From assembly GCF_003334385.1 (NCBI RefSeq), contig NZ_QOWN01000028.1: a stretch of 60,886 bases of DNA; one strand, given 5' to 3'. The translations under genes and the position numbers were made by a program. Shown here piece by piece: positions 13,724 to 25,950 of the stretch. Source of the DNA: Escherichia coli. Lineage in GTDB: Bacteria; Pseudomonadota; Gammaproteobacteria; Enterobacterales; Enterobacteriaceae. Every line of letters begins with the position of its first letter. Positions within the stretch are counted from its first letter, which is position 1. The notes under the pieces are model-generated. The model searched no databases. It was not told where the DNA came from and was given only the letters and a program-made list of their open reading frames with translations.

Positions 13724-16700
13724 ATGACAGAACAACAAAAATTGACCTTTACGGCCTTGCAGCAGCGGCTGGATTCGCTGATGCTGCGTGACAGACTGCG
13801 TTTTTCTCGCCGTCTGCACGGCGTGAAGAAGGTTAAAAATCCTGATGCACAACAGGCCATTTTCCAGGAGATGGCGAAAGAGATTGACCAGGCGGCAGGG
13901 AAAGTCCTGCTGCGTGAAGCGGCACGACCGGAAATTACTTATCCTGACAATTTACCGGTTAGTCAGAAAAAACAGGACATTCTCGAAGCGATTCGTGATC
14001 ACCAGGTGGTGATCGTCGCCGGGGAAACGGGTTCTGGTAAAACGACTCAGTTACCGAAAATCTGTATGGAGCTGGGGCGCGGGATTAAAGGACTGATCGG
14101 CCATACCCAGCCGCGTCGTCTGGCGGCAAGAACAGTGGCGAACCGTATTGCGGAAGAGCTGAAAACGGAGCCGGGCGGTTGCATCGGTTACAAAGTGCGT
14201 TTCAGCGATCACGTAAGTGATAACACGATGGTCAAGCTGATGACCGACGGTATCCTGCTGGCGGAGATCCAGCAAGACCGCCTGCTGATGCAGTACGACA
14301 CTATCATTATTGACGAAGCGCACGAACGCAGCCTGAATATCGATTTTTTGCTCGGCTATTTGAAAGAGTTGCTGCCGCGGCGTCCTGACCTAAAAATCAT
14401 TATCACTTCCGCGACTATCGACCCGGAACGCTTTTCGCGCCACTTTAATAATGCGCCGATTATTGAAGTCTCCGGTCGGACCTATCCGGTGGAAGTGCGC
14501 TATCGCCCGATTGTTGAAGAAGCCGATGACACCGAGCGCGATCAGTTGCAGGCGATTTTTGACGCCGTAGACGAACTGAGTCAGGAAAGCCATGGCGACA
14601 TTCTGATCTTTATGAGCGGCGAGCGGGAAATCCGCGATACCGCCGATGCGCTGAACAAGCTGAACTTACGCCATACCGAAATCTTGCCGCTTTATGCGCG
14701 GCTTTCGAACAGCGAACAAAATAGGGTATTCCAGTCGCACAGCGGACGGCGCATTGTGCTGGCGACCAACGTCGCGGAAACGTCGCTGACCGTACCGGGG
14801 ATTAAATACGTTATCGACCCCGGTACAGCGCGTATCAGCCGCTACAGCTATCGCACCAAAGTGCAGCGTTTGCCGATTGAGCCGATTTCCCAGGCGTCTG
14901 CCAATCAGCGTAAAGGCCGCTGTGGTCGTGTGTCCGAAGGGATCTGTATTCGTCTCTATTCCGAAGACGATTTCCTCTCGCGCCCGGAGTTTACCGATCC
15001 GGAGATTCTGCGTACCAACCTGGCCTCGGTTATTTTGCAGATGACCGCGCTGGGGCTGGGCGATATCGCTGCGTTCCCGTTTGTCGAAGCACCGGATAAA
15101 CGCAATATCCAGGATGGCGTGCGTCTGCTCGAAGAGCTGGGCGCGATCACCACTGATGAACAGGCCAGCGCCTATAAACTGACGCCGCTCGGTCGCCAGC
15201 TCTCGCAGTTGCCTGTCGACCCACGTCTGGCGCGTATGGTGCTGGAAGCGCAAAAACATGGCTGCGTGCGTGAGGCGATGATTATCACGTCCGCGCTCTC
15301 CATTCAGGATCCGCGCGAACGTCCGATGGACAAACAGCAGGCATCGGACGAAAAACATCGTCGCTTCCACGACAAAGAGTCTGACTTTCTCGCGTTTGTG
15401 AATCTGTGGAATTATCTTGGCGAGCAGCAAAAGGCGCTTTCTTCCAACGCCTTCCGTCGCCTGTGTCGTACCGATTATCTCAACTATCTGCGCGTGCGCG
15501 AATGGCAGGATATCTACACCCAGTTGCGTCAGGTGGTGAAAGAACTTGGCATTCCGGTTAACAGCGAACCGGCGGAGTATCGCGAAATTCACATTGCGTT
15601 GCTGACCGGTTTACTTTCCCATATCGGCATGAAAGATGCCGATAAACAAGAATATACCGGCGCACGTAACGCGCGTTTCTCCATCTTCCCCGGTTCTGGT
15701 TTATTCAAAAAACCGCCTAAATGGGTAATGGTGGCGGAACTGGTAGAAACCAGCCGCCTGTGGGGGCGCATTGCTGCGCGTATCGACCCGGAATGGGTGG
15801 AGCCAGTTGCTCAGCATTTGATTAAACGCACCTACAGCGAACCGCACTGGGAACGGGCGCAGGGCGCGGTGATGGCAACGGAAAAAGTCACTGTTTATGG
15901 TTTGCCGATTGTTGCCGCGCGCAAGGTCAACTACAGCCAGATCGATCCGGCGTTATGTCGTGAACTCTTTATTCGCCACGCGCTGGTGGAAGGTGACTGG
16001 CAGACGCGTCACGCATTCTTCCGTGAAAACCTGAAACTACGGGCGGAAGTAGAAGAGCTGGAACACAAATCACGTCGCCGCGATATTCTGGTTGATGACG
16101 AAACGTTGTTTGAGTTCTACGACCAGCGCATCAGCCACGATGTAATCTCCGCTCGCCACTTCGACAGCTGGTGGAAAAAAGTCAGCCGCGAAACGCCTGA
16201 TTTGCTCAACTTTGAAAAAAGCATGTTGATCAAAGAGGGCGCAGAAAAAATCAGCAAGCTGGATTACCCGAACTTCTGGCATCAGGGCAATCTCAAGCTG
16301 CGTTTGAGCTATCAGTTTGAGCCCGGCGCGGATGCTGACGGTGTGACCGTACATATTCCGCTGCCGTTACTTAACCAGGTTGAGGAAAGCGGGTTTGAAT
16401 GGCAGATCCCCGGTCTGCGCCGCGAACTGGTGATTGCTCTGATTAAATCGTTGCCGAAACCGGTACGCCGTAATTTTGTACCCGCGCCAAACTATGCCGA
16501 AGCGTTTTTAGGCCGCGTCAAACCGCTGGAGTTACCGTTGCTCGACAGCCTTGAGCGCGAGTTACGGCGGATGACCGGCGTTACCGTTGACCGCGAAGAC
16601 TGGCACTGGGATCAGGTGCCCGATCACCTGAAAATTACCTTCCGCGTGGTGGATGACAAAAACAAGAAGCTAAAAGAAGGGCGCTCGCTACAAGATCTGA

Positions 16701-17626
16701 AAGATGCGCTGAAAGGCAAAGTGCAGGAAACGCTATCTGCGGTGGCGGATGACGGTATCGAGCAGAGCGGCTTACATATCTGGAGTTTTGGTCAGCTGCC
16801 GGAAAGCTACGAACAGAAGCGTGGCAACTACAAAGTGAAGGCGTGGCCGGCGCTGGTGGATGAGCGCGACAGTGTGGCGATCAAACTGTTTGATAACCCG
16901 CTGGAGCAAAAGCAGGCAATGTGGAACGGTCTTCGCCGTCTACTGCTGCTGAATATTCCATCGCCAATCAAATATTTACATGAAAAGTTACCGAACAAAG
17001 CCAAGCTGGGACTGTACTTTAACCCGTATGGCAAAGTGCTGGAGCTGATCGACGACTGTATCTCCTGCGGTGTGGATAAATTGATCGACGCCAATGGTGG
17101 CCCGGTCTGGACGGAAGAAGGCTTTGCTGCGCTGCATGAAAAAGTGCGTGCCGAACTGAACGACACGGTGGTGGATATTGCGAAGCAGGTCGAGCAAATC
17201 CTTACGGCAGTGTTCAATATCAACAAACGTCTGAAAGGGCGGGTGGATATGACCATGGCGCTGGGGCTTTCTGACATTAAAGCGCAGATGGGCGGGTTGG
17301 TATATCGCGGTTTTGTCACTGGTAACGGCTTCAAACGACTGGGCGACACGCTGCGATATTTGCAGGCGATTGAAAAACGGCTGGAAAAACTGGCGGTTGA
17401 TCCACATCGCGACCGTGCGCAGATGCTGAAAGTCGAAAACGTCCAGCAGGCGTGGCAGCAATGGATCAACAAACTGCCGCCCGCACGTCGTGAGGATGAA
17501 GACGTGAAAGAGATCCGTTGGATGATAGAAGAGTTGCGCGTTAGTTACTTCGCTCAACAACTTGGTACGCCTTATCCGATTTCAGATAAGCGTATTTTGC
17601 AGGCGATGGAGCAGATTAGCGGTTAA
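13724..17626 (+). CDS. hrpA: ATP-dependent DEAH-box RNA helicase HrpA
   Basis: 1300-aa ORF; Walker A GETGSGKTTQLP and DEAH box (IIDEAHERS) are visible in the translation. Confidence 0.95.
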   Translation: MTEQQKLTFTALQQRLDSLMLRDRLRFSRRLHGVKKVKNPDAQQAIFQEMAKEIDQAAGKVLLREAARPEITYPDNLPVSQKKQDILEAIRDHQVVIVAGETGSGKTTQLPKICMELGRGIKGLIGHTQPRRLAARTVANRIAEELKTEPGGCIGYKVRFSDHVSDNTMVKLMTDGILLAEIQQDRLLMQYDTIIIDEAHERSLNIDFLLGYLKELLPRRPDLKIIITSATIDPERFSRHFNNAPIIEVSGRTYPVEVRYRPIVEEADDTERDQLQAIFDAVDELSQESHGDILIFMSGEREIRDTADALNKLNLRHTEILPLYARLSNSEQNRVFQSHSGRRIVLATNVAETSLTVPGIKYVIDPGTARISRYSYRTKVQRLPIEPISQASANQRKGRCGRVSEGICIRLYSEDDFLSRPEFTDPEILRTNLASVILQMTALGLGDIAAFPFVEAPDKRNIQDGVRLLEELGAITTDEQASAYKLTPLGRQLSQLPVDPRLARMVLEAQKHGCVREAMIITSALSIQDPRERPMDKQQASDEKHRRFHDKESDFLAFVNLWNYLGEQQKALSSNAFRRLCRTDYLNYLRVREWQDIYTQLRQVVKELGIPVNSEPAEYREIHIALLTGLLSHIGMKDADKQEYTGARNARFSIFPGSGLFKKPPKWVMVAELVETSRLWGRIAARIDPEWVEPVAQHLIKRTYSEPHWERAQGAVMATEKVTVYGLPIVAARKVNYSQIDPALCRELFIRHALVEGDWQTRHAFFRENLKLRAEVEELEHKSRRRDILVDDETLFEFYDQRISHDVISARHFDSWWKKVSRETPDLLNFEKSMLIKEGAEKISKLDYPNFWHQGNLKLRLSYQFEPGADADGVTVHIPLPLLNQVEESGFEWQIPGLRRELVIALIKSLPKPVRRNFVPAPNYAEAFLGRVKPLELPLLDSLERELRRMTGVTVDREDWHWDQVPDHLKITFRVVDDKNKKLKEGRSLQDLKDALKGKVQETLSAVADDGIEQSGLHIWSFGQLPESYEQKRGNYKVKAWPALVDERDSVAIKLFDNPLEQKQAMWNGLRRLLLLNIPSPIKYLHEKLPNKAKLGLYFNPYGKVLELIDDCISCGVDKLIDANGGPVWTEEGFAALHEKVRAELNDTVVDIAKQVEQILTAVFNINKRLKGRVDMTMALGLSDIKAQMGGLVYRGFVTGNGFKRLGDTLRYLQAIEKRLEKLAVDPHRDRAQMLKVENVQQAWQQWINKLPPARREDEDVKEIRWMIEELRVSYFAQQLGTPYPISDKRILQAMEQISG

Positions 17627-17651
17627 CCCTGCTATTTGCCTGATAAAGAAA

Positions 17652-17685
17652 AAACCCGGTAAGCATTTAGCGCCGGGTTTTTTAT
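17652..17685 (+). terminator. Rho-independent terminator after hrpA
   Basis: AACCCGG...CCGGGTT hairpin followed by a T-run. Confidence 0.6.
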
Positions 17686-17897
17686 TAATTCTAAAACGGT
17701 AAGGGTAAAAATTCAGGAATTCAGAAAAATACAATTCTCTGCTGCAAGATGAATAATGTTTATCTACAGCATTTCCTTAAAAGATATGTCAGGCTTGCGG
17801 AGTGGCGGTTAAGGACATACGATTTCCTCCTTTCAGAGTGCTCCGCTTCTCACTATTATCTCACGCAGTATTCTTAAGGGAACGATAAGGAGGAACC

Positions 17898-18698
17898 ATG
17901 AACATTACCCCGTTTCCGACGCTTTCGCCGGCAACTATAGATGCCATAAATGTTATCGGACAGTGGCTGGCGCAGGATGATTTCTCCGGTGAGGTGCCGT
18001 ATCAGGCCGATTGCGTGATCCTTGCAGGCAATGCGGTTATGCCGACTATCGATGCGGCATGTAAGATTGCCCGCGATCAGCAAATTCCTTTACTGATTAG
18101 TGGTGGTATCGGTCACTCGACAACTTTTTTGTATAGCGCCATCGCACAGCATCCGCACTACAACACTATCCGCACCACTGGCAGAGCAGAAGCGACCATC
18201 CTGGCGGATATCGCTCATCAGTTCTGGCACATTCCGCATGAAAAAATCTGGATTGAAGACCAGTCAACAAACTGCGGTGAAAACGCACGCTTTAGCATCG
18301 CGCTATTGAATCAGGCCGTAGAACGAGTTCATACGGCTATCGTTGTTCAGGACCCCACCATGCAGCGGCGCACGATGGCGACGTTCCGCCGTATGACTGG
18401 GGACAATCCCGATGCACCACGCTGGTTAAGTTATCCCGGATTCGTTCCTCAGTTAGGAAATAACGCAGACAGTGTAATCTTTATTAATCAGTTACAAGGA
18501 TTATGGCCAGTTGAGCGTTATCTCTCACTACTCACTGGCGAGCTGCCGCGTTTACGCGATGATAGCGATGGCTACGGTCCCCGCGGGCGAGATTTTATCG
18601 TTCACGTTGATTTTCCGGCAGAAGTCATCCATGCATGGCAAACGCTGAAACATGATGCGGTGCTCATCGAGGCGATGGAAAGTCGCTCGTTACGTTAA
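17898..18698 (+). CDS. ydcF: DUF218-family protein YdcF
   Basis: 266-aa ORF with a strong AAGGAGG site 7 nt upstream of the ATG. Confidence 0.85.
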
Positions 18699-18894
18699 AA
18701 ATTGCCCGTTTGTGAACCACTTGTTTGCAAACGGGCATGACTCCTGACTTTTATTTCTGCCTTTTATTCCTTTTACACTTGTTTTTATGAAGCCCTTCAC
18801 AGAATTGTCCTTTCACGATGCCGTCTCTCTGATGATTGATGTTAATTAACAATGTATTCACCGAAAACAAACATATAAATCACAGGAGTCGCCC

Positions 18895-20334
18895 ATGTCA
18901 GTACCCGTTCAACATCCTATGTATATCGATGGACAGTTTGTTACCTGGCGTGGAGACGCATGGATTGATGTGGTAAACCCTGCTACAGAGGCTGTCATTT
19001 CCCGCATACCCGATGGTCAGGCCGAGGATGCCCGTAAGGCAATCGATGCAGCAGAACGTGCACAACCAGAATGGGAAGCGTTGCCTGCTATTGAACGCGC
19101 CAGTTGGTTGCGCAAAATCTCCGCCGGGATCCGCGAACGCGCCAGTGAAATCAGTGCGCTGATTGTTGAAGAAGGGGGCAAGATCCAGCAGCTGGCTGAA
19201 GTCGAAGTGGCTTTTACTGCCGACTATATCGATTACATGGCGGAGTGGGCACGGCGTTACGAGGGCGAGATTATTCAAAGCGATCGTCCAGGAGAAAATA
19301 TTCTTTTGTTTAAACGTGCGCTTGGTGTGACTACCGGCATTCTGCCGTGGAACTTCCCGTTCTTCCTCATTGCCCGCAAAATGGCTCCCGCTCTTTTGAC
19401 CGGTAATACCATCGTCATTAAACCTAGTGAATTTACGCCAAACAATGCGATTGCATTCGCCAAAATCGTCGATGAAATAGGCCTTCCGCGCGGCGTGTTT
19501 AACCTTGTACTGGGGCGTGGTGAAACCGTTGGGCAAGAACTGGCGGGTAACCCAAAGGTCGCAATGGTCAGTATGACAGGCAGCGTCTCTGCAGGTGAGA
19601 AGATCATGGCGACTGCGGCGAAAAACATCACCAAAGTGTGTCTGGAATTGGGGGGTAAAGCACCAGCTATCGTAATGGACGATGCCGATCTTGAACTGGC
19701 AGTCAAAGCCATCGTTGATTCACGCGTCATTAATAGTGGGCAAGTGTGTAACTGTGCAGAACGTGTTTATGTACAGAAAGGCATTTATGATCAGTTCGTC
19801 AATCGGCTGGGTGAAGCGATGCAGGCGGTTCAATTTGGTAACCCCGCTGAACGCAACGACATTGCGATGGGGCCGTTGATTAACGCCGCGGCGCTGGAAA
19901 GGGTCGAGCAAAAAGTGGCGCGCGCAGTAGAAGAAGGGGCGAGAGTGGCGTTCGGTGGCAAAGCGGTAGAGGGGAAAGGATATTATTATCCGCCGACATT
20001 GCTGCTGGATGTTCGCCAGGAAATGTCGATTATGCATGAGGAAACCTTTGGCCCGGTGCTGCCAGTTGTCGCATTTGACACGCTGGAAGATGCTATCTCA
20101 ATGGCTAATGACAGTGATTACGGCCTGACCTCATCAATCTATACCCAAAATCTGAACGTCGCGATGAAAGCCATTAAAGGGCTGAAGTTTGGTGAAACTT
20201 ACATCAACCGTGAAAACTTCGAAGCTATGCAAGGCTTCCACGCCGGATGGCGTAAATCCGGTATTGGCGGCGCAGATGGTAAACATGGCTTGCATGAATA
20301 TCTGCAGACCCAGGTGGTTTATTTACAGTCTTAA
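18895..20334 (+). CDS. aldA: Lactaldehyde dehydrogenase (NAD-dependent aldehyde dehydrogenase)
   Basis: 479-aa ORF; aldehyde dehydrogenase catalytic motifs (ELGGKAP, GQVCNCAERVYV) are present. Confidence 0.93.
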   Translation: MSVPVQHPMYIDGQFVTWRGDAWIDVVNPATEAVISRIPDGQAEDARKAIDAAERAQPEWEALPAIERASWLRKISAGIRERASEISALIVEEGGKIQQLAEVEVAFTADYIDYMAEWARRYEGEIIQSDRPGENILLFKRALGVTTGILPWNFPFFLIARKMAPALLTGNTIVIKPSEFTPNNAIAFAKIVDEIGLPRGVFNLVLGRGETVGQELAGNPKVAMVSMTGSVSAGEKIMATAAKNITKVCLELGGKAPAIVMDDADLELAVKAIVDSRVINSGQVCNCAERVYVQKGIYDQFVNRLGEAMQAVQFGNPAERNDIAMGPLINAAALERVEQKVARAVEEGARVAFGGKAVEGKGYYYPPTLLLDVRQEMSIMHEETFGPVLPVVAFDTLEDAISMANDSDYGLTSSIYTQNLNVAMKAIKGLKFGETYINRENFEAMQGFHAGWRKSGIGGADGKHGLHEYLQTQVVYLQS

Positions 20335-20345
20335 TGAGTGAAAGA

Positions 20346-20367
20346 GGCGGAGGTTTTTTCCTCCGCC
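20346..20367. terminator. Hairpin between convergent aldA and gapC (possible bidirectional terminator)
   Basis: GGCGGAGG-TTTTTT-CCTCCGCC perfect stem; flanking U-tracts are weak. Confidence 0.45.
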
Positions 20368-20375
20368 TGTGCGCG

Positions 20376-21388
<1,013 letters not shown>

Positions 21389-21564
21389 TCAGGAACGTTC
21401 GGATGAAAATTGATCCTTTCCAGGCTTAGACCAGGATGGCGGGATGGGCAATCTCCATTCTCACAGTGAAACGTAACGTACTGAAAACGGGTGAACAATA
21501 TTTAATGAAATTTTGAGAAAAGCCCGTTATGTTAACGGAAAATTATGTTAAAGCAGGAAATGTT

Positions 21565-22095
21565 ATGGAAAATAAATATTCAAGGTTACAAATCAGCATT
21601 CACTGGCTGGTCTTTTTACTGGTTATCGCAGCGTATTGCGCAATGGAGTTTCGTGGTTTCTTCCCACGTAGCGATCGGCCACTCATCAACATGATTCATG
21701 TTTCCTGTGGCATCTCAATTCTCGTGCTGATGGTCGTTCGTCTTTTGTTAAGGCTGAAATACCCAACCCCGCCGATTATACCTAAGCCAAAACCGATGAT
21801 GACGGGACTGGCGCATTTGGGACATTTGGTGATTTATCTCCTGTTTATTGCGCTGCCAGTGATTGGTTTGGTGATGATGTATAACCGGGGCAACCCGTGG
21901 TTTGCGTTTGGTTTGACGATGCCTTACGCTTCAGAGGCCAATTTCGAACGGGTAGATAGCTTAAAGTCGTGGCATGAAACGCTGGCGAATCTGGGATATT
22001 TTGTCATCGGGTTGCACGCTGCGGCTGCACTGGCACACCACTATTTCTGGAAGGACAACACACTTCTACGCATGATGCCGCGTAAACGTTCCTGA
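21565..22095 (+). CDS. cybB: Cytochrome b561
   Basis: ORF track 21529..22095; the internal ATG at 21565 follows an AGGA site and gives 176 aa (MENKYSRLQISIHW..); multi-pass membrane protein. Confidence 0.88.
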   Translation: MENKYSRLQISIHWLVFLLVIAAYCAMEFRGFFPRSDRPLINMIHVSCGISILVLMVVRLLLRLKYPTPPIIPKPKPMMTGLAHLGHLVIYLLFIALPVIGLVMMYNRGNPWFAFGLTMPYASEANFERVDSLKSWHETLANLGYFVIGLHAAAALAHHYFWKDNTLLRMMPRKRS

Positions 22096-22105
22096 AGGAT
22101 ATTTA

Positions 22106-22169
22106 AAGAAAACGCCTGTACTAAAACCGACCCGTGGTACAGGCGAAGAATACGGGTCTACATCGGAAG
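22106..22169 (-). ncRNA. rydC: Small regulatory RNA RydC (Hfq-dependent)
   Basis: Minus-strand sequence CUUCCGAUGUAGACCCGUAUUCUUCGCCUGUACCACGGGUCGGUUUUAGUACAGGCGUUUUCUU matches my recollection of RydC. Seen directly: the GCCUGUAC/GUACAGGC stem followed by a U-tract. Ends are approximate. Confidence 0.6.
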
Positions 22170-22339
22170 CGCCTATTATATTTATTTGTATGATAAATAA
22201 AACCATAATCCTTGCCCATACGTCCATCTGGCTTATTTTTAATCAATTCACCCGATCTTTGATCTCATCAACGGTATCAAAATAAACCAGCGTATAACGT
22301 TCAAATCGAACATAAGATTCGATAAACCATGGAGGTTAT

Positions 22340-22513
22340 ATGAAAAAACTGGCACTTATTTTGTTTATGGGAACGCTTGTTTCCTTTTATGCCGATGCCG
22401 GGCGCAAACTCTGTTCTGGTTCGAAAGGGGGGATCTCACACTGTACGGCAGGCGGCAAATTTGTCTGTAATGATGGTTCTATTAGTGCATCGAAAAAAAC
22501 ATGCACTAACTGA
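22340..22513 (+). CDS. ydcA: Small secreted cysteine-containing protein YdcA (57 aa)
   Basis: Not in the ORF track (below its length cutoff). Hand translation: ATG at 22340 with GGAGG 5 nt upstream, MKKLALILFMGTLVSFYADA signal peptide, stop TGA at 22511-22513. Confidence 0.75.
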   Translation: MKKLALILFMGTLVSFYADAGRKLCSGSKGGISHCTAGGKFVCNDGSISASKKTCTN

Positions 22514-22557
22514 AGTGTAAAAGGGGTGCCATGAGAAAATGAATCTGCTAGTCAAAT

Positions 22558-22578
22558 GCGCGGGGAAAATCCCCGCGC
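22558..22578 (-). terminator. 3' stem-loop of the hokB mRNA (terminator / fold-back element)
   Basis: GCGCGGGG-aaaat-CCCCGCGC 8-bp stem immediately downstream of the hokB stop on the minus strand. Confidence 0.5.
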
Positions 22579-22584
22579 TTGCCC

Positions 22585-22850
<266 letters not shown>

Positions 22851-23066
22851 TAGCCTGAAAACAGAAAGTCTCAGGCACCCGCAGGCATCCTATGAGGTTT
22901 CCTTAGGGACGAAAATAATCACTTCACGAAATTGCGTGCTGTTTTCCAGAATTTTTCGTCATTCGGGTTAGCCAGTTTAGCCATTCGTTACTCTCTTCAT
23001 TCCAATAGCATTAATTTTCTATGCAATAATTGTTGTAAAAATGTGACGCAAAGAGGTTTTTGGTCA

Positions 23067-23093
23067 TAAGTAATTACCGTCAAGTGCCGATGA
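23067..23093 (+). promoter_or_regulatory. Putative sigma28 (FliA) class-3 flagellar/chemotaxis promoter for trg
   Basis: GCCGATGA at 23086-23093 resembles the sigma28 -10 consensus GCCGATAA; the -35-like TAAGTAAT about 11 nt upstream is a partial match to TAAAGTTT. Sits ~40 nt upstream of the trg ATG. Confidence 0.3.
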
Positions 23094-23132
23094 CTTTCTA
23101 TCAGGAGTAAACCTGGACGAGAGACAACGGTA

Positions 23133-24773
23133 ATGAATACAACTCCCTCACAGCGATTAGGTTTTTTGCATCACATCAGGTTGGTTCCGTTATTTGCCTG
23201 CATTCTAGGCGGTATCTTAGTTCTATTCGCATTAAGTTCAGCCCTGGCTGGCTATTTCCTCTGGCAGGCCGATCGCGATCAGCGTGATGTTACTGCGGAG
23301 ATTGAGATTCGGACCGGGTTAGCGAACAGTTCAGATTTTTTGCGTTCAGCCCGGATCAATATGATTCAGGCCGGGGCTGCGAGTCGTATTGCGGAAATGG
23401 AAGCAATGAAGCGAAATATTGCGCAAGCCGAATCGGAGATTAAACAGTCGCAGCAAGGTTATCGTGCTTATCAGAATCGACCGGTGAAAACACCTGCTGA
23501 TGAAGCCCTCGACACTGAATTAAATCAACGCTTTCAGGCTTATATCACGGGTATGCAACCTATGTTGAAATATGCCAAAAATGGCATGTTTGAAGCGATT
23601 ATCAATCATGAAAGTGAGCAGATCCGACCGCTGGATAATGCTTATACCGATATTTTGAACAAAGCCGTTAAGATACGTAGCACCAGAGCCAACCAACTGG
23701 CGGAACTGGCCCATCAGCGCACCCGCCTGGGTGGGATGTTCATGATTGGCGCGTTTGTGCTTGCCCTGGTCATGACGCTGATAACATTTATGGTGCTACG
23801 TCGGATCGTCATTCGTCCACTGCAACATGCCGCACAACGGATTGAAAAAATCGCCAGTGGCGATCTGACGATGAATGATGAACCGGCGGGTCGTAATGAA
23901 ATCGGTCGCTTAAGTCGTCATTTACAGCAAATGCAGCATTCACTGGGGATGACAGTAGGGACTGTTCGACAGGGCGCGGAAGAGATTTATCGTGGCACCA
24001 GCGAAATTTCAGCTGGCAATGCGGACCTGTCATCTCGCACCGAAGAACAAGCGGCGGCTATCGAACAAACTGCCGCCAGCATGGAGCAACTCACTGCGAC
24101 GGTGAAACAGAATGCGGATAACGCGCATCATGCCAGCAAACTGGCGCAAGAGGCTTCTATTAAAGCCAGCGATGGCGGGCAGACGGTTTCCGGTGTAGTA
24201 AAAACGATGGGCGCTATCTCCACGAGTTCGAAGAAAATTTCTGAGATCACCGCCGTCATCAACAGTATTGCTTTCCAGACGAATATTCTGGCACTGAATG
24301 CTGCCGTTGAAGCCGCGCGAGCGGGTGAGCAAGGGCGTGGATTTGCCGTTGTCGCCAGCGAAGTACGGACACTCGCAAGTCGCAGCGCTCAGGCGGCGAA
24401 AGAGATTGAAGGCTTGATCAGTGAATCAGTCAGGTTAATTGACCTGGGGTCGGATGAGGTGGCAACGGCCGGGAAAACCATGAGCACTATTGTTGATGCC
24501 GTCGCGAGTGTCACACATATCATGCAGGAAATCGCCGCCGCCTCGGATGAACAAAGTAGAGGCATAACGCAGGTTAGCCAGGCGATTTCTGAAATGGATA
24601 AGGTGACGCAACAGAATGCTTCTCTGGTAGAAGAGGCCTCAGCGGCGGCGGTGTCCCTTGAAGAACAGGCGGCACGATTAACTGAGGCGGTGGATGTATT
24701 CCGTCTGCACAAACATTCTGTGTCGGCAGAACCTCGCGGAGCGGGTGAACCAGTTAGTTTCGCTACGGTGTGA
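23133..24773 (+). CDS. trg: Methyl-accepting chemotaxis protein III (ribose/galactose transducer)
   Basis: 546-aa ORF; two transmembrane segments flank a periplasmic domain; HAMP domain and the conserved MCP signalling domain with methylation helices (..[18 protein letters not shown]..) are visible. Confidence 0.93.
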   Translation: MNTTPSQRLGFLHHIRLVPLFACILGGILVLFALSSALAGYFLWQADRDQRDVTAEIEIRTGLANSSDFLRSARINMIQAGAASRIAEMEAMKRNIAQAESEIKQSQQGYRAYQNRPVKTPADEALDTELNQRFQAYITGMQPMLKYAKNGMFEAIINHESEQIRPLDNAYTDILNKAVKIRSTRANQLAELAHQRTRLGGMFMIGAFVLALVMTLITFMVLRRIVIRPLQHAAQRIEKIASGDLTMNDEPAGRNEIGRLSRHLQQMQHSLGMTVGTVRQGAEEIYRGTSEISAGNADLSSRTEEQAAAIEQTAASMEQLTATVKQNADNAHHASKLAQEASIKASDGGQTVSGVVKTMGAISTSSKKISEITAVINSIAFQTNILALNAAVEAARAGEQGRGFAVVASEVRTLASRSAQAAKEIEGLISESVRLIDLGSDEVATAGKTMSTIVDAVASVTHIMQEIAAASDEQSRGITQVSQAISEMDKVTQQNASLVEEASAAAVSLEEQAARLTEAVDVFRLHKHSVSAEPRGAGEPVSFATV

Positions 24774-24786
24774 AAATGTTCAAGGA

Positions 24787-24802
24787 GGGATCGACAGATC
24801 CC
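24787..24802. terminator. Hairpin between convergent trg and ydcI
   Basis: GGGATC-gaca-GATCCC followed by a T-rich tract. Confidence 0.4.
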
Positions 24803-24810
24803 TTCACCTT

Positions 24811-25734
24811 TCAGAACGGCATTGATTTTCGAATAGCGTTAATCATCAACTGGCAACCAGAAGAGAACGTCGCATCTACGCGGGTCAGTATTCCAATCGG
24901 TTCGCCTGCACCATGTCCCGGAACAGGCAGGGCCACCAGCGTGGCATGACGCAGGTCGTCTTTTACAGCGCCAGAAGGGACAAACCACACGTAATCGTAT
25001 TCAACCGTAAGTTGACGAGATAGCGAAGCAGACAGCGTTTCGATACAACCCGAAGGAATTTTACAGCCCTGGCTCTGCACTAATGCATCTGAATGCTGGC
25101 GTGGCGCAGTGCCTTCTGGTGATACAACGACCGGCCATTCCAGCACCCGGCTTAGCGTTACGTTCTCCTGAAGTAGCGGGTGATTAGGGCGGACAACCAG
25201 CTTCAACGATTCAAGAAACAGCAGTTCGTAATTAAGCCCGGTCATCAGTTCAGGATCTGACATCCGACCAATGCCGATATCGATTTCCCCGGTTTTTAAA
25301 CCCGCCAGAATCATAGGGTTACTCATTGTCGCAACTTGCAAGGTCGTCTCTTTTTGTTGCTGATGAAACTGACCTATAACCGAAGGTAATATCCCCAGTG
25401 CCGCAGTAGGTAGTGCACCAACCCTGACGACATCATTATTAAGACCTTCTTTACGATGAAGCGACCGTCCGGCAGTGTTGATGGCGTCAAGAACTCTGAC
25501 TGCATGCGTTAAAAATTGTTCGCCGGGTAAGGTAAGTTGCGCCCCCTGACGACCACGCTCAAACAAGCGAGCGCCAGTCAGCTGCTCCAGTTCATTCAAT
25601 GTCTTAGAGAGCGCAGGTTGACTCAAATTAAGGGTTTCAGCCGCGCGCCCCAAAGTTCCTTGTTGTGCGACAGCTACGAATGTATGAAGGTGGCGCAAAC
25701 GGATGCGCTGACTAAACAGACTATTTTTTTCCAT
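24811..25734 (-). CDS. ydcI: LysR-family transcriptional regulator
   Basis: ORF track 24811..25875 (354 aa); the internal ATG at 25734 gives 307 aa starting MEKNSLFSQRIRLRHLHTFVAVAQQGTLGRAAETLNLSQPALSK (LysR helix-turn-helix). Confidence 0.85.
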   Translation of the reverse strand: MEKNSLFSQRIRLRHLHTFVAVAQQGTLGRAAETLNLSQPALSKTLNELEQLTGARLFERGRQGAQLTLPGEQFLTHAVRVLDAINTAGRSLHRKEGLNNDVVRVGALPTAALGILPSVIGQFHQQQKETTLQVATMSNPMILAGLKTGEIDIGIGRMSDPELMTGLNYELLFLESLKLVVRPNHPLLQENVTLSRVLEWPVVVSPEGTAPRQHSDALVQSQGCKIPSGCIETLSASLSRQLTVEYDYVWFVPSGAVKDDLRHATLVALPVPGHGAGEPIGILTRVDATFSSGCQLMINAIRKSMPF

Positions 25735-25950
25735 AAGCGATGTTAAAAACGAAGCGGTGTCGCTGACAAGTGAAGTTGTTTGATTATGATAACTTGATTG
25801 CAAAATATTATTAACAATTAAAGCAATTATGTTACAGCAAAATGGATAATATTGATGTTTTCGCGGCGAGATCACAGTTTGTAAATTCTTCCCGCAAGAG
25901 TGAATGCGGTTACCTACACTCCAGATTACTGACCACTGGAGGCAGACACT

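Noticed and set aside
14666-15592. 308-aa minus-strand ORF inside hrpA (also 16828..17472 and 16988..17560)
   Set aside because: Antisense to the well-supported helicase frame; no ribosome-binding site or recognisable domain.
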